A program made the translations under genes and the position numbers. A stretch of 63,921 nt of DNA, filler included, from Hyphochytrium catenoides (Eukaryota; Protista; Hyphochytriomycota): NCBI GenBank assembly GCA_900088475.1. It is 10 parts of 10 records of this genome, joined end to end, with 100 filler letters (N's around TTAATTAATTAA, not from the genome) between each part and the next. Parts side by side here need not be neighbours in the genome. Positions count along the whole stretch, not along the records: positions 42,327 to 51,311 come from FLMG01004516.1; positions 51,412 to 53,465 come from FLMG01003113.1; positions 53,566 to 60,014 come from FLMG01003047.1; positions 60,115 to 61,459 come from FLMG01001164.1; positions 61,560 to 62,778 come from FLMG01001212.1; positions 62,879 to 63,921 come from FLMG01004261.1; 4 more parts are not named here. One strand, written 5' to 3'. Of the stretch, positions 48,501 to 63,921 are shown piece after piece (position 1 is the first letter of the stretch; each line of letters begins with the position of its first letter). The notes under the pieces are model-generated. The model searched no databases. It worked only from the letters and a program-made list of their open reading frames with translations, and had not been told where the DNA came from.

Positions 48501-51007
48501 TATTGAATAAAGAGCAAGTGGAGTCGACCAGTACATTGCCTACCAACTCAGAGCTGATGACAAAGTTCACAACCAGTTGGTACTCGAAAGCGACGTCCAC
48601 TGACGAGATGCGGCAGGGGACGAAGAACGAAGTGAGACAACACCCTTACACTTCCATTTCTTGCTGTAGGCTGTACCTCTGACTACTTTTCATTCATTCT
48701 ATCGCAGGGCAAGATCATCGAGGCCTTGAAAGGACGCCCAGACTTTATTTTAAGCATCTGTGAAGTTGGCCTTCTCCAACATAAAGAAAAGCCGTGGTTG
48801 GCTGTTTCTCCAGATGCCATCGCACTTATCCGTCACCCGGGAACAGGGGAAGAACTTCTTGCCACCGTGGAGCTGAAGACTGCAGTCGCTTCTAGTGCTG
48901 TTGAAGAGTTAGTTAGAGTGGCAGGTGGCTTGGGGAGGTTACTCTCTGCTAAAGTTGGGGATGAGGTCTGGTGGCAGTCCGTGCCTCCAGACCATCGGGC
49001 ACAGGTCCTACATCAGATGTATGTTTGCGGCCTCAACCATGCGCTATATGTAAAAGCGACTACCACTAGGATAGGTTACATGGTTCTCGTGCACGCCAGC
49101 GATGAGCAACTGGACGTCTTCGGAGAGAGTCTTTCCTGCCTGGAGGAAGTGTTGGGCTGGGCTCACGAAGTCATTCCGCGGATACCGGCATTTGTTGGCC
49201 GAGAAGATAAAGAGATCATCTCTTCTCACCTCCCATTTTGGAGGATGGTAAACTCCTCCATCACTGCAAATGGCCCTTCTAAGCCAGTCCTTCTATACCG
49301 ACACGCAGCTCAGGCCCTCTATAGCAAAACCAAGGGCGGGTTGGACGGATCCAGCGAATATCACGCTGGCTTTTCACCAAATGCTGGTTCACTGGATTTT
49401 GAGAGGAAGTTTGTTCTCCGCAGCATCTTCACTGTCTTTTTCAACGCGGCAATCATGTGGAGAATGTGGCAACGACGGGACTTGTTTGTGGGCTTAGCGT
49501 CATCCTCATCAACGTTGCGCAGGTTGCGAGACGCACTCAACCATGTAGAGTCTATCAATGACTTCATGAAGGAGGTAGCAGAAGAGCTCTGTGATGTGCA
49601 CTATCTTCATCAGAAGCTATTGGAGTCCTTCAACCTTTCAGGAGGTCACCAGGATAATATTGTGGGAGGTGCTTCAGACAGTCCCCTAACTGTCACCGAT
49701 CATGAGGCAATCAAAACTCTCCAAGCTCAGGTACCCAAGTACAAGAAGCTGAAATTTTTCGCAACCACAGAGGCGGGTATAAAGCTAAGGTATGTGAGGT
49801 TACCTGCATCGGTCCCTACATGCATCCCTCAAAATCTAATAGGTCTTGTTCCTAGACTTCAAACACCGGGCCATCTCTCTGTAAGGCCCAAGGTTGTGGA
49901 TGGCAGGCCTGTTCTACAAGGTAGATCCTGCGAGTTGTGCAACCGGAAGACCGTCTTCTATTGCCCCGTTTGTGGCGTTTTCCTCTGTACTAGTCTTGCT
50001 CCCCAAGCACGGGTCATCTGCACGGAAACCTTCCATAAAAGAAAGAAGCTGCCAATCGAGAAAGTAGAGCGGCAAAAGAGACCCTACAGAAAAAGAGAAC
50101 TCAGTTCGGGTGAGGAAAATGAATCGAGATCTGAGGAGGAGGGTGATGCAAGCCATGAAGAGAGGGAGAGACAGTCAAAAAGACAACGAAAGGCAGGCAG
50201 TGATACAGGTAGCGAAGAAGAGAGGAGGTCTGTCTGATCAAAAGAAGATAATGTCCCGAAATAAAGCCATCTCTCCGACTTTCCAGGAGTAGCTTTCCTA
50301 GTAGTAGCCGTCCAATTACTTTCCAGACCTTATATCACTTTACTAAGCTCTCCGTAAACCCCAAACCTTCCCACCAGCGTGCCTCCCAAACCTACAATGA
50401 AGTCCTCCTTGAGCTCACCTCTCTATTCCGGCTGCATTTCCATACTTTCCAAGGAAGATCATGAGCTAGCTGGTCAGAGCATGAGGAGACAAGGTGTAAC
50501 AGTAGCACAGAACAGAGCGGACTGTGAGAGAGTCCTTGATAAAAGCGTTAACTTCTTCAGGTGGAAAGTTAGCTCTATCCTTAGTACAAGCAGGAAGACG
50601 AGGTCAAGTCCCAGCGGCCCAAGAAGCAGTTTTGCTCTGGATGAGGGGTTGATGGACAAGCTGCTTCTTTTGATGAGGCAAAACAGAAGCTTTTGTAACG
50701 ACCCAAGGCAAGCCCAGAGGTGTTGTGTTCTGTAAGCCATCCTTTTGTGAATAGCTTTTCTCACTTATAAGTGGGTAATTCTAAAAATAGCGGTTACTGG
50801 TCAGAAAATAAGGCTGGACCTCCTTACCAATTCATGTCAACAGCGGCTTTGATAGGCCTTCTTTGAGCCTGCCCTCTTGCAGCATCCATCTCAAGTCATG
50901 TCTTTAGAGTTTTTTTCAAGCCGCAAGACAATACCTCTTCGGGAAGCAAAACAATGGCTGACCAAAAATTGCCTACTTATAAGTAGCCAAAATTCTGTAC
51001 AGTAGGG
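45574..51007 (+). mobile_element. Complete piggyBac-related DNA transposon, 5434 bp, CCCT..AGGG termini, ATAT target duplication
   Basis: Left end ATAT|CCCTACTGTAATTTTGGCCACTTATAAGTAG. Right end reverse-complemented ATAT|CCCTACTGTACAGAATTTTGGCTACTTATAAGTAG. ATAT at 45570-45573 and 51008-51011. Confidence 0.93.
45978..50237 (+). CDS. piggyBac-type DDD transposase with inserted YqaJ-like exonuclease domain and C-terminal Cys-rich domain, 7 exons, 1279 aa
   Basis: Exons 45978-46115, 46213-47493, 47563-47804, 47859-48235, 48294-48631, 48708-49789 and 49856-50237 are all GT-AG and total 3840 nt open. DDD motifs LVLDDEL, VTMDRGY, YSKTKGGLD. YqaJ motifs QRCADW, MRQGTKNE, LAVSPDA, VELK, QVLHQM. Cys-rich domain CELC..CPVC..LC..CTETFH. 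Confidence 0.92.
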
Positions 51008-51216
51008 ATATACACCGGAGAAAAGTTTGTACGCTCCGGGATTTGAACCCAGGACCTCTGACTTTGATGCCGACACCCTAACCAGTATGCACCATACACT
51101 AAACGTACACTTGACTAATCTCCGTTTTTGTTTATATACCAGGGGCTCTTCCCCTCTGCGTCGTCCGCTGTACACTTTTTGGTGTCAACGTCGATCATAG
51201 TTCAACACTCCCCCGG
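51008..51216 (-). mobile_element. Polypurine tract and start of a 3' LTR, interrupted by the piggyBac-like element
   Basis: Minus strand GGGGGAG immediately followed by TGTTGAA at 51207, the same arrangement as the PPT/LTR junction at 63382. Confidence 0.6.
51029..51108 (-). pseudogene. tRNA-like sequence (Pol III A/B boxes, acceptor and T stems, abnormal D and anticodon arms)
   Basis: GTACGTT..AGCGTAC acceptor stem, TGGTGCATACTGG A-box-like, CTGGGTTCAAATCCCGG T arm. TATATAAA lies about 25 nt upstream and TTTT just downstream. Confidence 0.7.
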
Positions 51217-51411
51217 ATTCTAGAGAACTCTGTAAGCTCTAGATTCAAATGGAACTGTGATGGTCATCCGTGGTCACAGAACCGAATAGCTCACTATATT
51301 GCCCGGCTTAANNNNNNNNNNNNNNNNNNNNNNNNNNNNNNNNNNNNNNNNNNNNTTAATTAATTAANNNNNNNNNNNNNNNNNNNNNNNNNNNNNNNNN
51401 NNNNNNNNNNN

Positions 51412-53414
51412 GAGAAAGAAGAGACTCAGCCAAGCGGACTCCTGATCCCGCTCTCAAGTCCGCTGGATCTCCTCTTTCTAACTCAGACGCCGCTCCTCCG
51501 GCTGCTCAACCTCTGGTAAGCAAAATGTTGACGCCTTTTGGGGAGAGAGGGGGAGAAAAAGACCTTTGGGAAGAGAGAGAGGCACTAAGACCTTTGGGAA
51601 GAGAGAGGGCACCACCAAGATTTGAAATAGAAAAGAGAAAGCATGTGGAGAGTGGAGGTAAAAGTCGCACTAGCTTCTTCCCTGTCTCACTGGTCTTACA
51701 AATAGTTCGTAGAAGCATCGGTTTGACAAGTCTTTAACTCTTACTCCTCCTCCTCTGTCTCTTTCTTTCTTTCGTTTTCTCTCTCTCTCTAACTCTCTCT
51801 CCCTCTCTCTTCTAACTCTCCCTCTCTCTCTCTCTTTCTCTCTAACTCTCTCCCCTCTCTCTTCTACCTTTCTCCCCTCTCTCTTCTAACTCTCTCTCTC
51901 TCTCTTCTCTCCCTCTCCTATGTTACGTCTTAATCTTCGTTGGCTCATCTCAAGGATGTGCCCGCGCCACCTGCTCGGCGCCCGTTCGTTTATCATCTAA
52001 GTATTGGCATACAAACGAACTGCGGGGAAGGAGACCTTCGACGGGCCAGAAAGGAGCAAAAACGGAAAGAGAAAGAGAGAGAAGATGAGAGATAGAAGAT
52101 CCTAAACGATGGAGCCTCCTCGTCCTCCTCTTCCGCGCCCTCAGCACCGCAGACTTTACTAAGCGAGGCAATAAAAGAGGGTGAGGAAGAGACAGACAGA
52201 ATGATGGAAGATAACCAAGGGAGGGAAGACGAGAACGATGCGACAGAGGAAGAGACGGACGAGGAACGGGACGAGAGAAGCAAGATGCTGTTAGAGTCTC
52301 TCGCAGACTATGTGCCGCGTATACACCAAGAGGTCAAGTGGCTCCCAGAGGACAAAGTAAGAGACACAACGCTATTTCTCCCACATGAACGCTATTCTCT
52401 TTCTCTCTTCTGTCCGCGGCTGCTGCAAGGAAAGAAGCCGGGCCGCCTCTCATATCTGGCTCACATATCTTCCTATTCTTATCGGCTTTGTTTCAGAGAG
52501 AATACCTCTCACTCCCTCTGGCTGTCTCTCTCTTGCCGTCTTTCTTCATTGGTCTCTCTCTTTGACGTTTGCCTGCAATCCTGACCCTCTTCTTGTTCCC
52601 TTTTCTTCTTGCGCATCGACTCCCTCTCTCTCTCTCTCTCTTCTATGTCTTCCCTCACTCGGTTCAGGTGGAGCTCGTGCTGGAGTATGACAGCAAGCTT
52701 CTCTCTCTCTTTGGCTCTCTTCCTGTCATCGTAAAGTGGACCAACATTGCAGACACTGCGGACTGTGGCGCCACGATGGTGACAATCGCGAAGAACCTGC
52801 AGGAGCAGCTTCTTGACCTCTCTAGGAAAGCCATGAAGGGACAACTTAGGGTATCTGCAGCAGGTGAGACAGAGAAGAGAGGAGGAAACGAGAGACGTAG
52901 CCAGGGAAAGGATCCTAACCTTCTTTCTCTTGTCTCTCTCCGCACTCTCTCGTTCCAATCGGCAATTTTTTCCTCTCTCTTTTCTCTCTGCGTTCTTCTC
53001 TCACATCTGTTTCTTCTCCCTCTTTTCGCTGTCCTTCCCCCTCTTGCTCAAGGCATCCCCTTCGGATCCTCGGCCTTGACAACTTTCTACGCGACCAACC
53101 TGAAGCCTGAGGCCCAGTATTCCTTCAAGCTCCTATCTGACAACACCAGCGGCAGAGCCATCCTCTCAAGAGATTCCAAGCCTGTCACCATTATCATCCC
53201 ACCGCGCCCGGTCTCTCCCTCTCTCGCTGCCCCACCAACGGAAGCGCCATCTCTCTCGAAGTCTGCCGTCCCCAAGGAGGAGATAGGGAAGAAGAAGGAA
53301 GAAAGGAGCATCGGTGTTCAAACGATAGACGAAGAAGAAAACGACAGCGATGAAGAAGAAGAGGATCTTGAGAGAGCGGGAGAGGGAATGTCCAGAGATC
53401 AAAAGTTACCAGCT
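51412..53414 (+). CDS. Partial multi-exon gene, low-complexity protein with an FN3-like segment; one in-frame TAG
   Basis: Exons linked by GT-AG CT-rich introns. FYATNLKPEAQYSFKL is FN3-like; SIGIQT and SIGVQT motifs; TAG at 52093. Confidence 0.55.
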
Positions 53415-53565
53415 GGTAACTCGGAAACTCTTTTCACCTGTCTCTCTCTTCTCTCCTCTCTCTCTNNNNNNNNNNNNNNNNNNNNNNNNNNNNNNNNNNN
53501 NNNNNNNNNTTAATTAATTAANNNNNNNNNNNNNNNNNNNNNNNNNNNNNNNNNNNNNNNNNNNN

Positions 53566-59279
<5,714 letters not shown>

Positions 59280-59290
59280 TGTTCCCCCTT

Positions 59291-59321
<31 letters not shown>

Positions 59322-60299
59322 TGATTCGCTAACTTATGAAAGAGCTTCCTCTTTCAGGAGAGATCGAGAGGGAGCGTGGAGCTTACAACTGGAAGAGGAG
59401 GAGTAGACTGAGGGCCTTGCCCATATGAACAGCCGTCGATTCCTTAGTCTCTCCTTCGTTCGTTGTCTCTCTCTCTCTCTTCTTCCACGTCCCCGACCAA
59501 GGAAGCAGAGTAGTGGAGACCAGGAGAGAAGGCCAAAGAGTTCGGGCAGCTCGCCCTGAGAGAAGAAGTTGCAAGAGTAAGTTCCCGGGAGGAGAAGGAA
59601 AGCGGCCGAAGCGCACAGCAGAGAACTCTCTTTCTCTCTCTACATTGACAATGGCACCGGCAGCGCTTGAGAGGAAAGAGAAGAGACAAGAAGAGGAGAG
59701 ACGAAGAAAAAAGAAGCTATCGGGTGCTGCCCGTAAGGGAAGGAGAAGTGCAGCGAAAGAGAAAACGGGGCGATGACTTGCAGAGTGCCAAGAGGAGGAA
59801 CGAAGCCGACAAAAGACTTGGATGTAAGGAGAAGGGAAGAGGAAGGAGTAAGAGATAGCCATGGGATAGGGGGAGTAGACCTAGTGAACGAGGAGAGAAA
59901 GTGGAGCTTTTAGAGCTAAGAGTGAGAGAGAGAGAGGGAGAGAAAGAGAAAGAGAGAGGGAGAGAGAAAGAGAGAGAGAGATAGAGGGAAGAAAAAGAAG
60001 AAGAGAGAGAGAGANNNNNNNNNNNNNNNNNNNNNNNNNNNNNNNNNNNNNNNNNNNNTTAATTAATTAANNNNNNNNNNNNNNNNNNNNNNNNNNNNNN
60101 NNNNNNNNNNNNNNGTGTTCGATAAGGTCTAAGGATGAAGATTAATGAAAGAAAATGATATTTGTGCTATTGTGCTGTTTTTCTTTTTCGTTATTCGTTA
60201 TTCATCATTATAAAAGCATGACAAGAAGACAACGAGGCCCAAACCTCATCCCAAATCCATTGCAGTATATCATCAATATACTGTATATTATCAAGAATA

Positions 60300-60394
60300 G
60301 GCCCCGGTCACTTATGGTCACTTGACGTCAAGTGACCGTCATTGCGACCGCGACCGGTCACTTATCCAATGCGACCGGCCAATTAACATCCCTG
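60300..60394 (-). mobile_element. Probable terminus of a hAT-like DNA transposon with subterminal repeats
   Basis: Minus strand starts CAGGGATG (Ac-like terminus). Repeated GGTCACTT and GCGACCG motifs and a perfect 22-bp palindrome at 60316-60337. Confidence 0.55.
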
Positions 60395-60475
60395 GTGATG
60401 GAGATTTCTCTGAATGATCACTTCCACTTCCACTCAATTTTTCGCCGCTTATGCACCCATTAAGGGTAAGTGTCC

Positions 60476-61459
60476 TGTTGGAGTCTGAGGGCACAGCTAT
60501 GTGGACTGCAAGCTGACAAGCTTAACTACCAAAGTTTCAGCTCTAAACTCCCAGTAGAAGCCGAGATATGAAGCAAACGAAATGTCCCTGTTTATATCTA
60601 TGGCTTATGGTCAGTACCCCAGGATACCTCCAGGACTGACTATTCTAGACAGGGATATCTCTATAACTCCATATCTTAGGGTTTATTAGGAATAGTTGGC
60701 ATAGTCAGAATAGCTCTAGTTTATGGGACCCCCAGTTGGGCTTATAAGTCGAGCACTCTCATCTAATGACATTGTCCAATCATCCCATACTAATCCAACA
60801 GGTTATGGGCCCACGCGTCCCTCAGGACTCGGAAACTTGTTCTGAGGCCTCTGAGCCAGACCACTGGACCATTGCGATTCCGACCGAGACCAAGATCAAG
60901 TCGGCCCCCTGGAGCAGCCAACCACTGGGCAATAACGGCTACCCGGTCCCGCCGGCTTCCAAAACAACTAGCCAGTTCCGCTACCGGCGTTATATAGCTG
61001 CTAACGGAAATCCTGTTTTATTGAAACTTTTGGAAATATTTCAGCGAACACTTCCAGGAAACATTTGAAACATTGAAAGTTTCATCCAAAATTTCGGTAT
61101 AAATTTCAACCACTCCATCGAAAATTTCAACCATACGAGCATTTTTCAAAGGGAAAGTTTCAAGCACGATTTCGGCCCAAAATCACCTCTTTTCGGAGCT
61201 TTCAAAGAGTGACAGGGGGTAAATCGGCATCGCTGAGTTCATTGGTGCCATTATTTTCGTCTGAAGCCGCTTCGTTTTGGAGATATCGTCCCATTTATCA
61301 AGGCAAGAAGAGCACCAAATCCTACGGACACAAAGTCTCATATTGTCCATTTCTCTTTCCATTCTCATCATCAAGACCTATTTCGAGCCCCCCAGGATCA
61401 TCTGCATTATGAGGTCTTTCGTGGTTACGATATCAAAGCTACAAGGAATGGAGGACTAC
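60476..61459 (+). mobile_element. 5' part of Ty1/copia element B: LTR 60476-60800, PBS 60801-60812, leader, gag start at 61409
   Basis: TGTTGGA..TCCAACA LTR, PBS GGTTATGGGCCC, and gag start MRSFVVTISKLQGMEDY resembling INKLHGRDDY of element A. Confidence 0.9.
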
Positions 61460-61559
61460 NNNNNNNNNNNNNNNNNNNNNNNNNNNNNNNNNNNNNNNNN
61501 NNNTTAATTAATTAANNNNNNNNNNNNNNNNNNNNNNNNNNNNNNNNNNNNNNNNNNNN

Positions 61560-62778
61560 TCCAGGACCATAAAGTTCAACTCCACCTCCTCCAAGTCATG
61601 GCCTGCAAGCATAACATTTTCAGTAGGGGATAGGACCACGGGGTTGGCAAGATAGACAAGAATGTAAAGAGGAGGACCAACCGCTACGTTGCCGTACAAA
61701 TCAGCAATGTCTACACCATTACGGGCTATTAGTCATGGCTGATTGAGCCACGCGCTGGAGAGAAGGAGACTAAGGATTGCAATGTGTATGAGAGAGATTG
61801 CTACCAGAAAAATGGAGCAGAAGGCGACGAAGCTTACTTTCTCCTAGGTTTTTGTCGCAGATAGCCAGGAACTCGTCCAACATGATGGCTCCGTCCTTAT
61901 CACTATCTACACTCTCAATCATCTATGATAGCAATGCAATGCGTCAGGCCCAGCATAGTCGAAAAGAAAAATACAAGTCCCAAAGCCAGCAAGGCGATGT
62001 TGGGGCCAAGCGACTAAGGTACAGAATAGAAACGGAAGCGACGGTAGACCGAGGGGAGATGGACAGAAATCAAGTCCCACCTTTTGAAGCTTCTCCTGAC
62101 TAGGGCGCTCACCTATTGCCTTGAGCAAGGCCAAGAGGTTATGAGGGTCCAGTTCTAGCTGACCTTGAGAGTTTGGCTTGGCATAGGCCTTAAACAGATT
62201 AGTGGTGACGTCCCTGATATTAGCGTTAGGAGGAATGGTTAGCGTCAGATCGTGAAAGAGGTAAGCGGCTGGCACTAATGAGACGCGGTGGAGGCTCCGC
62301 TTTTGGGGAGGACTAACTTAAGGGAGACAGGCGCGCTTGTGACCGAGATATAAGTGTCAACGTGTGAGAGAGGGGGAAGAAGCAATTCGACGAAGAGCGT
62401 GAAGGGAGAGGCGAGAGAGTCGGTCCGTTCTCACTTGGGTGGGGGGATTTTTGGAGGTACAGGGCAAAGACAGAGACAATTTTCCATATTATTTTGCATA
62501 CGTTTCCTCTCACCTCCATGATCTCTGCTCGGTAGAGAATCCGAGGGACGCAGGTTGCTTTGCAGCCAGATCTGGAGAACTAGGAGCTAGTGCCTCTTGC
62601 ATTATCGTAGCATTGGAGGCAAAAGAGGGAGCGGCTGCTTCAAGTACGGCACTAGGAGGCGATGGTTGGGTGGAAGGTTGCAGAACAGGCGGTGTAGCGA
62701 GAGAGAGAGGTGAAGTTTCCCTTTCGCTTTCAAGAGCCTTCTCCTCGCTGCCCTTCTCACTCTTTGTAGGTCTCTCGT
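61560..62778 (-). CDS. Partial multi-exon EF-hand (calmodulin-like domain) protein
   Basis: Spliced LLALLKAIGERPSQEKLQK|MIESVDSDKDGAIMLDEFL, later EEVELNFMVL. Both ends run into gaps. Confidence 0.72.
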
Positions 62779-62878
62779 NNNNNNNNNNNNNNNNNNNNNN
62801 NNNNNNNNNNNNNNNNNNNNNNTTAATTAATTAANNNNNNNNNNNNNNNNNNNNNNNNNNNNNNNNNNNNNNNNNNNN

Positions 62879-63058
62879 CGGACAGTGTCATGCCCTATCA
62901 CTGGAGCAAAGACCTCGCTAAAGCCAATACCTTGCTTCTGTCGATTGCCAAGAGCGACTAGACGGGCTTTGTACTTGTCCACTGAGTCATCGCTATGCAA
63001 CTCGACCCTAAAGATCCATTGAGAGCCGATAAGATGAGCGCCGGGAGGTGGGGGGCAC
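62879..63058 (-). pseudogene. Copia reverse transcriptase fragment interrupted by an LTR
   Basis: IGSQWIFRV..DKYKARLVALGNRQKQGIGFSEVFAPV. Confidence 0.9.
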
Positions 63059-63393
63059 TGTTGGATTTGTATGGGATGATTGGACAATGTCATTAGATGA
63101 GAGTGCTCTACTTATAAGCCCAACTGGGGTCCCATAATCTAGAGCTATTCTGACTATGCCAACTATTCCAAATAAACCCTAAGATATTCAGTCATAGAGA
63201 AATCCCTGTCTAGAACAGTCAGTCCTGAAGGTATTCCGGGGTACTGACCATAAGCCATAGATATAAACAGGGGCATTTCGTTTGTTTCATATCTCGGCCT
63301 CTACTGGGAGTTTGGAGCTGAAACTTGGGTAGTTAAGCTTGCCAGCTGGTAGTCCACATAGCTGTGCCCTCAGACTCCAACAACTCCCCGCAT
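63059..63393 (-). mobile_element. 3' LTR (63382-63059) and PPT of the element B family
   Basis: Reverse complement closely matches 60476-60800 and is preceded on the minus strand by GATGCGGGGAGT. Confidence 0.92.
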
Positions 63394-63459
63394 CTCGAAC
63401 TCCCTATTGTGAAGGGTCGAAGCTGAACCTTCAACACCTCCCCGCATGCTGTAGACCCG

Positions 63460-63921
63460 CTAGAAGGAGATTACTTGGTTCTTGGGTTTCCATTGCACAC
63501 TTTTTTCGATGTACGATGAACAGCGAGGTTGGCGGAATGTTGTTTCCTTAGCCTCTTTGATAAAGGCGTCGAAATCTCCAGAAAATTCCACATTGTCTGA
63601 TTGCTTCAGCGCTAGGTAGAAAGAGTGAAGAATATTGTTATCGGCGTCAATTTCTTGACTCGAAGCCTGCGTAATGATTAATTGTCCTTCCTTTGGATCC
63701 TTGGGACCTTGATGTTGGTTGACTCCTGTCCGTGCTTCCTCTTCGGAAAGAGATACTTTCGCTGGTTGTTGAGATGCTTCCTTAGTGATGAGCTGGTTGT
63801 GTTCTTCAGTTCTTCTCAGTATTGCCTTGTGTAAGGTCCTAGCAAGGCGAGAGGAGAGCTCGGGAAATGCCAGAATGATGATATTGATCTTTAGCGCGCC
63901 GCCCCAAGCCACTCGATGACC
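63460..63921 (-). CDS. Unknown ORF immediately upstream of the PPT inside the LTR element
   Basis: At least 150 open codons ending about 70 bp before the PPT; no RNase H motifs recognised. Confidence 0.45.
   Translation of the reverse strand, partial: GHRVAWGGALKINIIILAFPELSSRLARTLHKAILRRTEEHNQLITKEASQQPAKVSLSEEEARTGVNQHQGPKDPKEGQLIITQASSQEIDADNNILHSFYLALKQSDNVEFSGDFDAFIKEAKETTFRQPRCSSYIEKSVQWKPKNQVISF

Noticed and set aside
50290-50890. Second gene in the 3' part of the piggyBac-like element
   Set aside because: Minus-strand splice-like signals exist but I could not build a consistent open frame; unresolved without RNA data.
51029-51108. Functional UGA-reading (Sec or suppressor) tRNA
   Set aside because: TCA lies in a malformed 6-nt loop with a bulged stem, and there is no long variable arm.
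52093-52095. Genome-wide TAG reassignment
   Set aside because: TAG serves as an apparent normal stop at 5299, 8648, 14661 and 27743.

Overview
Eukaryotic (protist-like) draft sequence made of ten unrelated pieces joined by artificial N-TTAATTAATTAA-N linkers, so neighbourhood across linkers means nothing. Most host genes are intron-rich with (CT)n-filled introns on the sense strand, which generates most of the spurious ORFs in the track. Genes reconstructed by hand-splicing: a myristoylated calcineurin-B-like EF-hand protein, a mitochondrial lipoyl-domain protein with no acyltransferase domain, a CRT-family transporter, a PDP-like PP2C, a large FN3/Gly-rich/Kelch/P-domain protein, an EF-hand fragment, and a MAP kinase gene that appears to encode two MAPK domains in one polypeptide. 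Intronless ORFs include a six-CBM1 membrane protein, two secreted proteins and a bacterial-type K+ channel-family protein. The main find is an apparently intact 5.4 kb piggyBac-like DNA transposon (45574-51007, CCCT..AGGG ends, ATAT duplication). Its 1279-aa spliced transposase carries a complete YqaJ/lambda-exonuclease (PD-(D/E)XK) domain inserted between the second and third catalytic aspartates. The element sits in a nest of copia LTRs, apparently inside an LTR that carries a tRNA-like Pol III unit. All calls come from reading and motif recognition; no searches were run.
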